From NCBI RefSeq assembly GCF_006345805.1, contig NC_043000.1:113708001-113772000 (forward strand): DNA of 64,000 nucleotides, in the 5' to 3' direction. Both the position numbers and the translations under genes were made by a program. The DNA is from Octopus sinensis (taxonomy: Eukaryota). Under the pieces are notes generated by a model that ran no database searches, had not been told where the DNA came from, and saw only the letters and a list, made by a program, of their open reading frames with translations. Every line of letters begins with the position of its first letter. Position 1 is the stretch's first letter. This document shows, piece by piece, positions 12,168-26,761 of this stretch.

Positions 12168-12579
12168 CTAAAGTGAAGACACAAAATTAGGGTTAACCGA
12201 AAGATATGAAGAAGTTAAATGTGCTCTTGGAGATTCTATATAGAGGAGGAAGAGAGAAAAACCAAAGGAATTAGAATGCAAGATAAGACTAAAATGGAAA
12301 AAAAAATAGGAATGCCAAATTAGACAATGGACAGAGTCAAAGAATAAAATTTGGTGTGAGTTGTACTTTGGAAGTAATTTGCATTGTGAGGGAGAGAGCG
12401 AGATGGGGAGAGGGAGAGAAACTGGGAGACAGAGAGACAGAGAACGGAGAGTGATGGTGGAATAGACGGCCGTTGAGATGGAGAGATGGGATGAGATACG
12501 AAATGAAGAGAGATAGGAAAAGAAAGGAAGCGATAAGTAATATATATATACACACACAAATATACATACATACACATAC

Positions 12580-12612
<33 letters not shown>

Positions 12613-12613
12613 A

Positions 12614-12676
<63 letters not shown>

Positions 12677-12779
12677 GGTGTATGTATATATATGTATGTG
12701 TGCATACATATATAACATATACAGAGAGAGATAATGATGATGCAAATAACATCACTCTCTCTCTCTCTCTCTCTCCCTC

Positions 12780-12812
<33 letters not shown>

Positions 12813-12844
12813 TATATTATATATATACACATATATATATATAG

Positions 12845-12895
<51 letters not shown>

Positions 12896-12969
12896 ATGTA
12901 ATATATGTATGTGTGCATACATATATAACATATACAGAGAGATAATGATGCTAATAAATATCACTCTCT

Positions 12970-13016
<47 letters not shown>

Positions 13017-13031
13017 AAAATATATATATAT

Positions 13032-13070
<39 letters not shown>

Positions 13071-13998
13071 TATATATACTATATATATATATATATATAT
13101 TAGTCATCTTATCACTATTAGCTATTCGTCTTTCTCTCTATTTCTCACTCTCTTTCTCTCTCCCTCTCTCCCAGGCACGCAAACGCACATAAATCACACA
13201 CACGCAGGCGCAGTCTTTCACAAATTTACACAATAGAACTCACTCTTCAGAGGCAAATCTCATAAGACACGCCAAACGATGTTCTTACACACCGTCCATT
13301 CTCTATTATAGCATTTTGCAATTCTTTTATTCTGATATTCCATACATTTTCACACTCCCCTACTCCTTCACTATCCTCTGATTTCTTCTCTTAATTACCT
13401 TCCAACTCACATCTCTACTTCTTCCAGGTACCACATATCCGTCCGTCTACGCATTTTACTTCAACCATATTATTCTCCCCATTGTCACAAATTTTCACAA
13501 CTTTTCGTTTTGTCTTCAGATTTCCATCACAGCCTTCACCAATCCTCTTTATCTCCACATTTATAATCTTCACTCTTTCTTTTTCCTTGCTCATTCATTT
13601 TCCCTCTTTCTTTCTCTCTCCCTCTCTCTTTCTCTCTCTCTCTCTTTCTTTATTTCCCACTCTCCTGTCTTTCGCTCTCTTACACGTTTTCAATATCTTC
13701 ATCTAACAGCTATATATGCTAGCATGAGCGCACTCACGTGTACATGTCTCTGTGTGTGCGTATCAATGTGTGCTATCCAAAACACCTTTCTCCATGTGAT
13801 CGGCTTGAAAAATTGTTAAGACACTAGGATATTTTCATACTTTTCTTAACATGAAACCAATGGTAGCCTTAACTTACAAATAAAGAAATTGTATCCACAA
13901 ATGTGTGTTGAGCACTCATTTTCATCGTTCGACATTTACGTATATATATATATATATATAGAAAGAGAGAGAGAGAGAGAGAGAGGGGGGGGTTATAA

Positions 13999-14503
13999 TC
14001 TATATATATAAAACTGTAGTTGTGTGAGTGTCTGTCCCCTTCGATTTAGATTCCTAACTCCTCCCACATTTTGCGGTGCAGTTTAACCAAATTCGGGTAT
14101 CTTATAGTCGTGATTAATATCGAGCTCGTCTGGCTATTAGCGCGCGTCTACGATGAGTCTACGATTTAAAAATAATTAACATCATTTTTTATTCCACTTT
14201 AATGCATAATTTTTCGTGTGTCGATGGCGGCGGAGTTGGCGTCCACGCTCAAACACCTGCACCTGTGTTTGCTTCTCCCTTCTTCCCTCCTCGTGAAGCT
14301 GTGGGAAGGGAGTATAAGGAAATCAACGTCGTAAAGCGTTGTCAAGGAGACCAGCGTTCTTTTAGAACAACGACTTCATGGCTTGAAGACACCAAAACAA
14401 AAATGGCTAAGAAAGCCCGAATTTATAAGGGAAGTAACTCTCTAAAATTGCTTATATAGTTATTTCCCTTACAACCCCGAGCAACGCCGGGCGATACTGC
14501 TAG
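13999..14503 (+). mobile_element. Non-autonomous Helitron, 505 bp, same family with about 203 bp of extra internal sequence
   Basis: A|TC...CCCGAGCAACGCCGGG...CTAG|T. Aligns with 10501-10802 apart from about 14217-14423. Confidence 0.88.
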
Positions 14504-14775
14504 TCATATATAAAAATATCGTAATGATTGGTACTTGGAAAAAGTACCGACATGCTAGAAATAGAAGTCAAAAAGACTCTAAACCGCCTATTTCACACTC
14601 TTTTGCACAGGGGAATGCGAGGAAAACGAGCAAAATAATCAAGCCTACCTTTAGCGGATAAATAGATAATCCCATATCGATTGATTTCGTGTGAGATCTG
14701 ACAATTATTTAGGCTGCTCAGTGAAAATATGAGTGAAAACGTTTAAAAAACCGGGTGCAAAGGCAATAATAATAA

Positions 14776-14821
<46 letters not shown>

Positions 14822-15136
14822 TCCTTTCTACTATAAGCACAAGGCCTGGAATTTGAGGGAAGGGGATAGTCAATTAAATCGACTCCAGTATTTGACTGTT
14901 ACTTAATTCATTAACCCCGAAAGGATGAAAGGCAAAGACGACCTCGGCGGAATAATAATAATTATGATTATGATTATAAATATTATAATAATCAGCATTG
15001 CTTGGAACTGCAAACATTCTTCGCAGGGTTCTTGAAGCATGACCAGTAAACAAGCGTCACCTTAGTCTGCTGGCTGTGGACAACTGACACTTTCCATCAT
15101 ACCCAGAAAAATAAGCTGTGAGTTTTTATGTAATAA

Positions 15137-15218
<82 letters not shown>

Positions 15219-15410
15219 CCTTTCTATTATAGGCGCAAGACCTGAAATTTGGAGGATAGGACTAGTCGATTACATCGACCCATGTGTTTCACTGGTAACC
15301 CCGAAAGGATGAAAGGCAAAGTCGACCACGTCGGAATTTGAACTCAGAGCATAAAGCCGGAAAAATACTGCTAAGCATTTTGTCCGGCGTGCTAAGAATT
15401 CTGACAACTC
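15219..15410 (-). mobile_element. SINE family 2
   Basis: cccgaaaggatgaaaggcaaagtcgacc...aatttgaactcaga...ctaagcattttgtccggcgtgcta. Further fragments at about 1860-2050 and 14820-14950. Confidence 0.75.
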
Positions 15411-15419
15411 CTAATAACA

Positions 15420-15486
15420 ATTACGTAATCGTCATCATCATCATCATCATCATTATTATCATCATTATTGTGGCAAATAAATGAAA

Positions 15487-15538
<52 letters not shown>

Positions 15539-15781
15539 CATTATTATTATTATTATCATTGTTATTATTTTTATCAACAGTATCATTATTATTATTATCT
15601 TTATATTATTATTATTATTATTATAGTATCATTATTATTATTATTATTATCATTATTATATTATTATTATTATAATCATTATTGTTATTATCATCATTAT
15701 TATTATTTTTTATTATTATTATTATGTTATATTATTATTATTATTATTATCATTATTATTTTTATTATTATTATTATTATA

Positions 15782-15829
<48 letters not shown>

Positions 15830-15987
15830 TATTATTATCATTATTATTATTATTATTATTAATTATTATTATTATTATTATATCATTATTATAATTATTA
15901 TTATTATCATTATTATTATTATTATTATCATTATTATTATTATTATCATTATTATAATTATTATTATTGTTATTATCATTATTATTA

Positions 15988-16027
<40 letters not shown>

Positions 16028-16037
16028 TATCATTATT

Positions 16038-16085
<48 letters not shown>
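15420..16085. repeat. (TTA/TCA)n trinucleotide array
   Basis: Direct inspection. Confidence 0.95.
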
Positions 16086-16086
<1 letters not shown>

Positions 16087-16880
16087 TACGTTATCTGTGA
16101 AATAGTATTTCTATATTATTTGTGATATCTATGATAAGTTATCTGGGATATCGGGAGGACAGACATAAATAACCGATTTGAGAGAGATAAGAGAAACGGG
16201 CTCAATATCTCTCAAATTCCTGTTTATAACGTTTAATATGGCCATCATTTAGGCTGTAAATCTTAGCAGTTAAATCGGTCTTAATTCCATTGTATTCTAG
16301 TTGTGAAAAACTGTTTGCATTGGAATATTTGTTAAAGGAGAGCAGTCATGTGACTAAAGTCTCGGTAGAATTGTCGTCCGGATGTCGACCAAGATAAACA
16401 CAATAGTCGTTTGTGACAACATCGAATCAGACAATAAATAAAGGGAAAAAATAAACTGGCAGCCATTAATGGTCGTCACTGCAAGACCAACATTACTTCA
16501 AGCAGCCATCTTGAAAATAACAATAATTTTTTTTTTCCTTCTTATTTTTTTATTTAAATTTGGCAAATCACACATAAATAAATAGTCTTTTAATAAAACA
16601 AACTCAACGTCTCCTTCTACTAGAGTCCAGTGTGGTTCTTTTGTTCGTTGTTGTATTATAGAGAGAAATATGTTAGTGTGGCGTCGAGATAGACAATGCC
16701 TCGCAGTAAAAGTACAGAGAAATGAAAGAGAAGAAGAGAGGAAGGTGGAAGAGGAGAAGCAGAAATAATGAGTGGGTGGTAGTGAGAGGTGTGGAGAAAT
16801 GGGAGAGAGACAGAGGGAGAATAATGGTTTGGTGAAGCATTTCAAATGTGTCGCTATTTGATTGAATTGGCAGATATAGT

Positions 16881-16912
<32 letters not shown>

Positions 16913-17090
16913 CATGTGTTTGTATGTGTGTGTGTGAGTGTGTGTGTGTGTGTGTGTGTTGTGTGTGTGTGTGTGTGGGGTGGTTGTAGAGTTAGACAAA
17001 GTGGTTGGCGATATTTGTTCCGAGTCTTTACGTTTTCAGTTGAAGTCCCCGCTGAGTTAAATTTTGTTTTCGTCCTTCACAAACATCATC

Positions 17091-17135
<45 letters not shown>

Positions 17136-17179
17136 GTCATCATTGTTAACTTCATCATTATTGTCATCGTCGTCGTCGT

Positions 17180-17544
17180 CGTCAACATCATCAGATAGGC
17201 AGACAGGTAGGCAGACAGAGACAGGTAGATAGACAGGCAGGAAGGCAGACAGACACACAGGCAGACAGGCAGACAGACATACAGACAGGCAGACAGGCGT
17301 GCAAGCAGATAGATAGATAGATAGATAGATAGACAGACAGGCGGGCAGACAGATAGACAGACAGCATGTAAGCAGACATGCAGGCAGACAGGCAGACAGA
17401 CAGGCAAGCAGACAGGCAGACAGGCAGGTAGACAGACAGACAGGCAGACAGGCAGACAGGCAGGCAGACAGGTAGACAGGCAGACAGACAAGCAGGCAGA
17501 CAGACAGACAAGCAGGCAGAAAGACAAACAGGCAGGCAGACAGG

Positions 17545-17590
<46 letters not shown>

Positions 17591-17592
17591 GG
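17180..17592. repeat. (CAGA/CAGG/TAGA)n tetranucleotide array
   Basis: Direct inspection. Confidence 0.95.
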
Positions 17593-18538
17593 CAATCCAA
17601 CTGGCAGAGACTTGTGCGCCATTTATTGATCTCTGGTAAATAAACGTTAGAGCTGATCTCGACTGGTCTTTGATTTGGAGAGTAGACAACCAGGGCAAAT
17701 AGTGTCGAGTAGTCTCCACCATAGGCAAGACACTCTACTCTGCTATATACAAATACATCAATGCATCTAACACCATCGCTGTTCGGATTATCAAGCCTTG
17801 AATAAGATCAGAGTGCACGAAACGGTGCACCGCAGCATGATGTTTGAAGTAAATTATCAAGGTTCACGCGGCGTACAGGGGCGTAGCAAGAGCTATCTAA
17901 ATTCTCCGTGGCATAGTGGTACGTGATAAAAGTTACCAAAGTTCCACAGAAGTGGCACACAGGCGCATGACAAGGTTTATCTAGAGTCACTGTGGCACAC
18001 TGCTGCAACACAAGAATTGCCTAGATTTCCCCGTGGAATTTGTTAAGATTCAATTTAAGAGATTAGAAATTTCTTACTAATTCTTGAGTCTTTTAAAACG
18101 TGTTATTCATAATTTTGTTGAAACAAGTTTGTTACAGATAAGTTGAGAATGTACCGTGGACGAATGCTTAGAAATTCCACTTGCCAATCGTGTGGTCTGT
18201 GAGTGAAACTGGGGAAATGGTTACTGACGGATTTGTGGTACAAAAGCGACACCCTTGACACACACTGATTCACATTGATCCTTTGCTGAGAATTACATTA
18301 AGGATCAGCGGAATACTCAACCACTTAAACACTGATTCAATGGATCGAGTGAATAAACACTTATCGCCAAAACCGACGGTGATCAATTTAAAATTATACA
18401 CAAATACTGATTTCGAATTCTAGTACAAGGCCAGCTCTTTCTCAGTCCGAACTCCATTCTATCAGGACTGAAAGTATACACTCTGTCAACGAGGGAACTG
18501 ACTTGAGCTTCATCTTTACCTAATGTTGTTGCTATTAC

Positions 18539-18598
<60 letters not shown>

Positions 18599-18660
18599 CA
18601 TCATCATCATCAATCATCATCATCATCATCATCATCATTATTATTATTATTATTATTATT

Positions 18661-19165
18661 CAGTAGTTTTATTTTTATAGCGTGCTTTCACTTTACTACC
18701 GAGCGCAGCTCTGTGTGCCTTGGGTGATGCTCTGATGGTTATTGTATGGAAAGTGTTCTGCGTAGGATGTGTGCAGTGCCTAGTAGTGCAATTTTCTGTA
18801 TGTTATCATGTGTTTGTAAGTCCGGTGTATGTTGTTATTATTTGTCTGAATATTTTTTTATCATGCCTAATGCACCTACTATGATAGGAATTGTTTCTGT
18901 TTTTAGATTCCACATTCTGGTTACCTCTATTTCCAGGTCTTTGTATTTTGAAAGTTTCTCCATTTCTTTTAGAGACACGTTGTCATCTGCCGGTATTGAT
19001 ACATCAATTAGAAAGCATTTTTTTTCTTCATGATCTCTGACAACTATATCTGGTCTGTTGGCCTTAATTTCTCTATCTGTGTGTATCGGCATATCCCAGA
19101 GCATGGTTGCTTTCTCGTTGTCTTCACCGTCCTCGGTATTGTTGTTATTTACATTGTCACTGCTG
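18661..19165 (-). mobile_element. 5'-truncated R4/Dong-clade LINE (restriction-like endonuclease domain and 3' end)
   Basis: LWDMPIHTDREIKANRPDIVVRDHEEKKCFLIDVSIPADDNVSLKEMEKLSKYKDL carries the PD..D/E.K RLE motif; the frame later reads QKIALLGTAHILRR. (TTA)n on both sides fits Dong-type microsatellite targeting. Confidence 0.9.
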
Positions 19166-19168
19166 TTA

Positions 19169-19242
<74 letters not shown>

Positions 19243-19636
19243 GTCATTTATGAAAAACGATTGATGAAAAATGATGGCGAGAAAGATATAACGATGACAG
19301 TGATAAGATTGACAAGATCATCGCTGCCACCTCCATTACCCTCTCCCATCATCATCACCATCGCCATCATCACATCTTAAACATATTGAATAGTAATTTT
19401 TTAATAATATTGGTTTGTTTTGTTTGGATATTTTTGTTTTGTCTACGTAAATTTTATATGTATATGTGTATGTATGTATGTATGTATGTATGTATGATTG
19501 TAAGTATGTATGTATGTATGTATGTATGTATGTATGTATGTATGTATGTATGTATGTATGTATGTATATGTGTGTGTGTATGTAGGTATGTATGTATGCA
19601 AACATGTATGTATATATATATGTGTGTATATATATG

Positions 19637-19669
<33 letters not shown>

Positions 19670-19899
19670 GGATATATATATATTATATATATCTATATAT
19701 ATAGTAATATTTCACTAATATATATATGTATGTATTATATATGTGTGTATGTATAATATATGTATGCATAGTATATATACAAAGTGTATATAGGATGGAT
19801 GCATATATATACATAATATGTATGTATATATCTATACATATTAGTATATATACAGGTATGTTATATATGTATGTTTATGTATATTTAAATATATATAAT

Positions 19900-19945
<46 letters not shown>

Positions 19946-20590
19946 ATATATATATATATATAACATATATGTATATATATCTGCACACACCACAAACACA
20001 CACATATGTGTATGTATACTATATAATTTTCTTTCTCTGGCACGATGAACCTCTTCCCTCTTCCTTCCCCCAGTCACCCATACCCACACCAAGAACCTCA
20101 ACTACTTCAACAACAATAACTACAACCACAACGCCAATAAAGACAACAACAAAAAAAGCCGCAAACTCTCTTTCTCTATCAGGTGACTCCTTTTGTGTTT
20201 AATAGGGCAATAAATAGAAAAAACGTTGCCTCAGTGAATCGTTCAAGTGTTTGTCTCCCTTGATACAAGCGCCACCTTTATCTGACGATCTAACCTGACA
20301 TACGGCCAATCAACTCAAATCTGCTTAATCAATAAACACTAGAAAAATATCATACCACCACCACTACCACCACCGCCGCCGCCACCAATCACAACGCCAT
20401 GACCTCCGCCCGCCACCGCCATGGCCACCTCCCACTTCTACGACCGTCACCATCGCCGACTCTCCTATTATTACTAGTAGTTGTAGTTTTGTTGTGGCTG
20501 TTGTTGTTGTTGTTGTGATTATTATTATTATTATTATCGTCGTCGTCATCATCATCATCATCATCATCATCGCCATCATTATTATTATTA

Positions 20591-20642
<52 letters not shown>

Positions 20643-20753
20643 ATATTATTATTATCATTGGCAGCAGCAGCAGTAGAATTGTCACGACGATCAATAACGC
20701 GCCCGGAAACACGCCCGATCCCGCCCTCCCGTCGCTATCGTCACGACCATATC

Positions 20754-20796
<43 letters not shown>

Positions 20797-21286
20797 TTCT
20801 TTCTCTCTCTCTCTCTCTCTTTCTCTCTTTCTTTCTTTCTCCCTATCTATCTCTCTATTTATTTATTTATCTGTCTGTCTGTCTGTCTGTCTTTCTCGTT
20901 ATTTTGCTCATCATCTTCATCAGCAGCAACAGCATTATCATCATCATCATCATCATCATCACCATCACCATCATCATCGTCATCGTCGTCGTCATCCTCA
21001 AAATCATCGTCATTGTCGTCGTCATCCTCATCCTCATCGTCATCATCATTATCATCATCATTATCATCATCATCGTCATCGTCGACGTCATCCTCATCAT
21101 CATCCCCATCATCATCCTCATCATCATTATCATCACCACCATCGTCATCACCATCATCATCATCATCATTATCATCATCATCACCAGCACCGTCATTATC
21201 ATCAACATCATCATCACAGCTACTACTACACTAAACACCATTACCATTACTACAGGACCAATGCTGACCACCAACACCACCACCAT

Positions 21287-21323
<37 letters not shown>

Positions 21324-21603
21324 GTTGCTGCTGCTGCTAATCCTACGACTGCTGCTGGTGCTGCTGCTCTTGCTGATGCTGTTGATGCTACTGCTGTCGT
21401 TTTCAGCCGTCGCTATCTATACCACAATCACCACCACCCACCCCGATAATCATCGCATACCATCACATATGACCACCATGCCCACCACCACCCATACTAA
21501 CACCATAACCATCAACACCAACAATCCCAGTCCCCCCACCACCACCACCACCATTGCCATTGAAAAGGCCCCTGAATCTGCTAAACATAGTAACCAAATT
21601 TAC

Positions 21604-21681
21604 CTCCAATTGCCCCTTTCTCTTAAGAAAAAAAAATCCCGAAGAATATCGAGGTGCGTGAGAAATAGGTGGGATTGTCAT
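21604..21681 (-). CDS. Candidate start-codon exon, unidentified (MTIPPISHAPRYSSGFFFLKRKGQLE)
   Basis: GCCAGCCATG context and a GAG|GTAAAT donor, lying downstream of the promoter-like cluster on the minus strand. No recognisable homology. Confidence 0.15.
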
Positions 21682-21915
21682 GGCTGGCGTGTCTTTAAAC
21701 ATAAATCTATTAAGTGATGGACGATTTAAGGCTGACTATAACAGTGACGCAGTTTACAAAGATACTCACCCAACCCAGCCACCCACGCCCAACACCAAAA
21801 CACCAAAATCGCCACCACACCTCCTACCACGCTCCCCCCCCCCCACTGTCTGTGAAAATCAGTGAAGCAAGCATTCAATAAACCCATCACCGCCTCCGCC
21901 ACCACCACCACACCG

Positions 21916-22040
21916 CCAATACCAGAAGCCAATAAGCAGTCAGCGAATTGTCGAATATCTTTATCAGATGTGATCAAGACACGTGATTGGCTGTCTTTTG
22001 TTGGGTCAAGTCTAGCGTAGAAAGGCGGGGAGGCGGGGTG
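21916..22040. promoter_or_regulatory. Promoter-like motif cluster
   Basis: CCAAT at 21916 and 21929, CACGTG E-box (21980) abutting ATTGG (21986), and two GGCGGGG GC boxes (22024-22038) in non-repetitive sequence. Confidence 0.35.
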
Positions 22041-22335
22041 TGGCCGATGAGGAGCGGACGAGGGGAAAATGGGTGAATGACCGATGTGTGTGTGTGTGTG
22101 TGTGTGATCGTCATTGTTGTTGGTGTTAACTACTATTATCATTATTGATGTTGTTGTCGTGGTTGTCGTTGTGGTTGTTGTTGTTGCTGGTGGTGTGGTG
22201 GTGGTGGTGGTGGTGGTGATTGTATTATTTCTCGTCCATTTGTTTACGGTAGTGATGAGGGTGGGAGTGATGTTGGTGTTTTGTATTAATTGTAGTGAAG
22301 ATATAGTACTGTTGGTGTTAATTGAAGTGGATAGC

Positions 22336-22387
<52 letters not shown>

Positions 22388-23399
22388 TAAGTAGTAGTAG
22401 TAGTAGTATTAGTAGTAGTGGTCATCGTGATGGTCGTGGTTGTGATGATGATGATGGTGGTGGTGGTGGAAGAGAATTGGTTTTATATTTTCTCCCTGGC
22501 CAGCCTAGGCCTCGCTGGAGCAGGTTTATAAATCGAAGACACCCCCAAACGTGATCATCCCGTCTTTTCCCAGTGTGCAGAAATCCAGAAGCACATTGTC
22601 CTCTCGACAAGTTGTAATTCGAGGGAGATTCAACTGCTATTTCTAACAAGCTGGACGACGGTGCAGGAGAAAGGATGCGAAACTCGTTTAGCTTTGTGGG
22701 ACAGACTGAAACATAAAACTGATCTTGTGGGACGGACAGAAACGTTTATTCGTAAAACCGCCATCAATACTGTTGACCAAAGTAAACGGATAAAGAGGCT
22801 AATGATAAAAATAATAATGGCGCCTTTATTAACAATAAATAATCAGAAGTATATGAGTCTGTATACTTGTATATTTATTTTTAACGGTATGTGTGTGCGC
22901 GGGCGCACGTGTATTTGTATATGCCGCAGTTGATAATGACTTTTCCTGACCTATCTACTTTTTGTATGATATACTGATTACTACTTTAATTTAATACTGC
23001 TTCGGTTGCATATAAGGAATTTTTATTCAGCCAACCGGCTACCTTCAACGTCAATGATTTTTTAACCCCTGTTATCCTATACCTGTAGCGATGAATTTTG
23101 TCTCAGCATACGAATTGGCAGCAAATACTTAATACTGACGAAGTGCAAAGAGGCAGAAATGCGCTTTTAATAATACTACCACCGCTAATGAACGATTCAT
23201 CTCCTGATATATTTTTGCATCTTTTAACAATGTACGTCTATAAAAGATACTACCCCAGGACGAATACTGTAAGTTATTTGGCTTTCTACGATGTAAGTGA
23301 ATTAAGTATAATACACAGATTGCTATTGTGAACAAATACTGATTCTGTTGCACATATTATTATTAAATATGATAGAGCCGTATTTTAGATATTTATTTT

Positions 23400-23900
23400 T
23401 TATTAGCTCTTTTGATCAATAGAATTTACCTTTAATCCTCAGAGAGAGATCTGTATCAGCTCTTATTTCGTATCTCTTCTCAAGTTCCTAAGCTACCCGA
23501 ATCATGTTCTTGATTTCATGGTTGCAAACACGAACAAGATAGTTACTGGTCTCTTTCCTCTGCTGCAGATATTGTTTCAGTGTCACAATCTGTGCTTCAT
23601 ATGACATCATTACAGGTTTGAGACCTGAATCGTCATCCTTACGCGGGAAGCATGGACTCTCTACCTTTCCAATAATGCTGATGTTTCTCGTGATATTCAA
23701 GTTTGTGAGTTCATATGTCAATCACGACGAGCGCTTGTAGTGACCGGTTCAGAAGACCAAATGTGGACGTGAGGACAAGTTCAGCAAAGTTATTGTGAGT
23801 GATGTACGTGTTGTAAGCTGAGACTTCAGACGACCATATTTTCTAAATCCTTTCCAGCTATTCATTCCTTGTCCTATCCTTTTCGATGGGGCTGTCATGG
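23400..23900 (-). pseudogene. Decayed R4/Dong-like LINE fragment (post-RT region)
   Basis: KIWSSEVSAYNTYITHNNFAELVLTSTFGLL and FPRKDDDSGLKPVMMSYEAQIVTLKQYL resemble KIW.SEL...N...N.FA.PV...FG and LY.PRK.GGRGL motifs. Confidence 0.6.
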
Positions 23901-23954
23901 CTGACGTTCTCATCCATTATACATGCATTGTCATGTATACGTGTACTAATATAT

Positions 23955-24322
23955 ATTTCTTTACTGCCCACAAGGGGCTAAACATAGAGGGGACAAACAA
24001 AGACAGACAAAGGGATTAAGTCGATTACATCGACCCCAGTGCGAAACTGGTACTTTATTTACCGACCCCGAAAGGATGAAAAGCAAAGGCGACCTCGGCG
24101 GAATTTGAACTCAGAATGTAACGACAGACTGAATACCTATTTCTTTACTACCCACAAGGGGCTAAACACAGATGAGACAAACAAGGACAGACAGACGGAT
24201 TAAGTCGATTACATCAACCCCAGTGCGAAACTGGTACTTAATTTATCGACCCCGAAAGGATGAAAGGCAAAGTCGACCTCGGTGGAATTTGAACTCAGAA
24301 GGTAACGGCAGACGAAATACTG
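23955..24322 (-). mobile_element. SINE family 2, tandem dimer
   Basis: Two head-to-tail units, each with tttctttact.cccacaaggggctaaaca...gaatttgaactcagaa. Confidence 0.85.
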
Positions 24323-24423
24323 ATGATGGTGATGATGATGACGACGACGACGACGATGATGTTGATGATGGTGATGATGGTAATGATGATGAAGATGATG
24401 AGGATGGTGATGATGATGATGAT

Positions 24424-24469
<46 letters not shown>

Positions 24470-24486
24470 GATGATGATGACGACGA

Positions 24487-24520
<34 letters not shown>

Positions 24521-24742
24521 GGTGGTGATGATGAGGATTGTGATGATGATGATGATGATGATGTTGAAGATGACGACCATGATGACGATGATGATGATGA
24601 TGATACCATTGCTGTCGTCGTCGTCGTTTACATCCATGTTGGCGCTGAGCTTCCGTCTTGTGTTTTTGCAGGGTCTGAAAGAAAAGGCAGGGCATTTGGT
24701 CCTTGCAGTCCATCATTGCAGTCCACCAGTAACATCGACGTA

Positions 24743-24824
<82 letters not shown>

Positions 24825-24971
24825 ATAATATATATAATATATATATATTTTAAATATTTAAAAATTGAGGGAGATAAATTAATATTAATTTTAATATCAA
24901 TTTTAAAAAAACCATTAGTCCAGCATTCAAAAGATCTGAGGATCAGAGAAAATTCAATATATGTGTATATT

Positions 24972-25329
24972 GGCAGGGCTGGCCTGCTAGGTAGCCGGCC
25001 AGAATGCTAGAAATAGATCATAAACGATCAAACTACAAGGGAAATTCTCTAGAGGAAGAATTCAGCGAACACCAGAACCAAATTTGGCGGGCAGGACATA
25101 TGAAAAATTAAATAAAAACAGACTTCAAATGCAGACTTAAATGCAGACTTAAATGCATACCTCGGTTTGCATTTAAGTCCTGTTTTTTATTTAACTTTTC
25201 ATATGCCCTGCCCGCCAAATTTGGTTCTGGTGTTCGCTGAATTTTTCCTCTAGAGAATTCCCTTGTAGTTTGATCGTTTATGATCTATTTCTAGCATTCT
25301 GGCCGGCTACCTAGCAGGCCAGCCCTGCC
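24972..25329. mobile_element. Fold-back/MITE-like element, almost fully palindromic
   Basis: Arms of about 165 bp starting GGCAGGGCTGGCCTGCTAGG are near-perfect reverse complements around a short centre. TA-rich flanks. Confidence 0.8.
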
Positions 25330-25355
25330 TATATATATATATATATATATATATA

Positions 25356-25400
<45 letters not shown>

Positions 25401-26059
25401 TATAATATATATATATATATATAAGACCGTTGAGTTGTCTGTAATAGCTGAGTGCCATCTTGACTACTGGCCTTTATGTCTGTGGATGGCTTAGACCTCT
25501 TAGAGATGTTGCCGCTGATGTGGCTGAATCGCAGGTCAACCGTGGATGCAGCAGTCTTATGTAGAAAAAAAGGCTCCAGCCGTGACCAGATAGATTGTTG
25601 ACGACATATCTGAGAATCTAAGAGTACATTATGCACCGCCATCGCTGCCATTTCCACTAACACAACCATAATCACAACTACCACCAGTACAACAACAATA
25701 CCATAAAAATGAATACCACCATACGCCCCTACTACAACCATTATCATCAATACTGGCGACACCACTACAACCACCACCAATACTACCTGTACCCTCACTG
25801 CCAGCTCGCAACAACTACAACCATCATCACACAACCACCACCACCGCCGCCACCACCACAACTATTACTACCATCACCATTAAATAACAATACCTAGAAC
25901 ACCACTACTACAACCACCACCACCACCACTACTGACAATGTCAGTAACCCCAAGAGATGCCATCAATCAACAACAAAAGTGAAATGGAAAATCTTAACAA
26001 GAAACTTGACATAACCCTACTCACACTTCCAATTACGCATGCGCTAGAACATAAACTTC

Positions 26060-26730
26060 GCAAACACATTAATCTCACAGCAGACACACACACATGCACA
26101 CACACGCACACACATGCACGTGCACACGCACACGTACGCACACACACATGTACACTCTCACACACACATACATAGATACAGCAGAATGCACCGAACTATA
26201 TACACACACAACCACTTCAGTTACCACAAACACACATGCACATACACACATACATGCACACACACACGCACACACATATACACACACACGCGTACACACA
26301 CACACACATACATGCACATACACACAAATACACATACACACACATGCACACACACGTACACACACATACATGTACATACACACACACATGCATACACATA
26401 CACACATACATAGACACATGCACCGCGGAATGTACCAAACTATCTACATACGCAACCACTTTAGTTATCATGCACACACACACGCATGCACATACACACA
26501 CACACGTACACACAAACACACAAACACATGCACACTCGCACACATACACATAGACACATACACCGCAGAACGTACCAAACCATTTACACACAGACACTTC
26601 AGTTACCACACATACACGCATACACACATGTACACACATACATACACGCACACACATACTCATGCACACATACATAGACACATAAACTGCAGAACGTACC
26701 TAACTATACATACACAACCACTTCAGTTAC

Positions 26731-26761
<31 letters not shown>

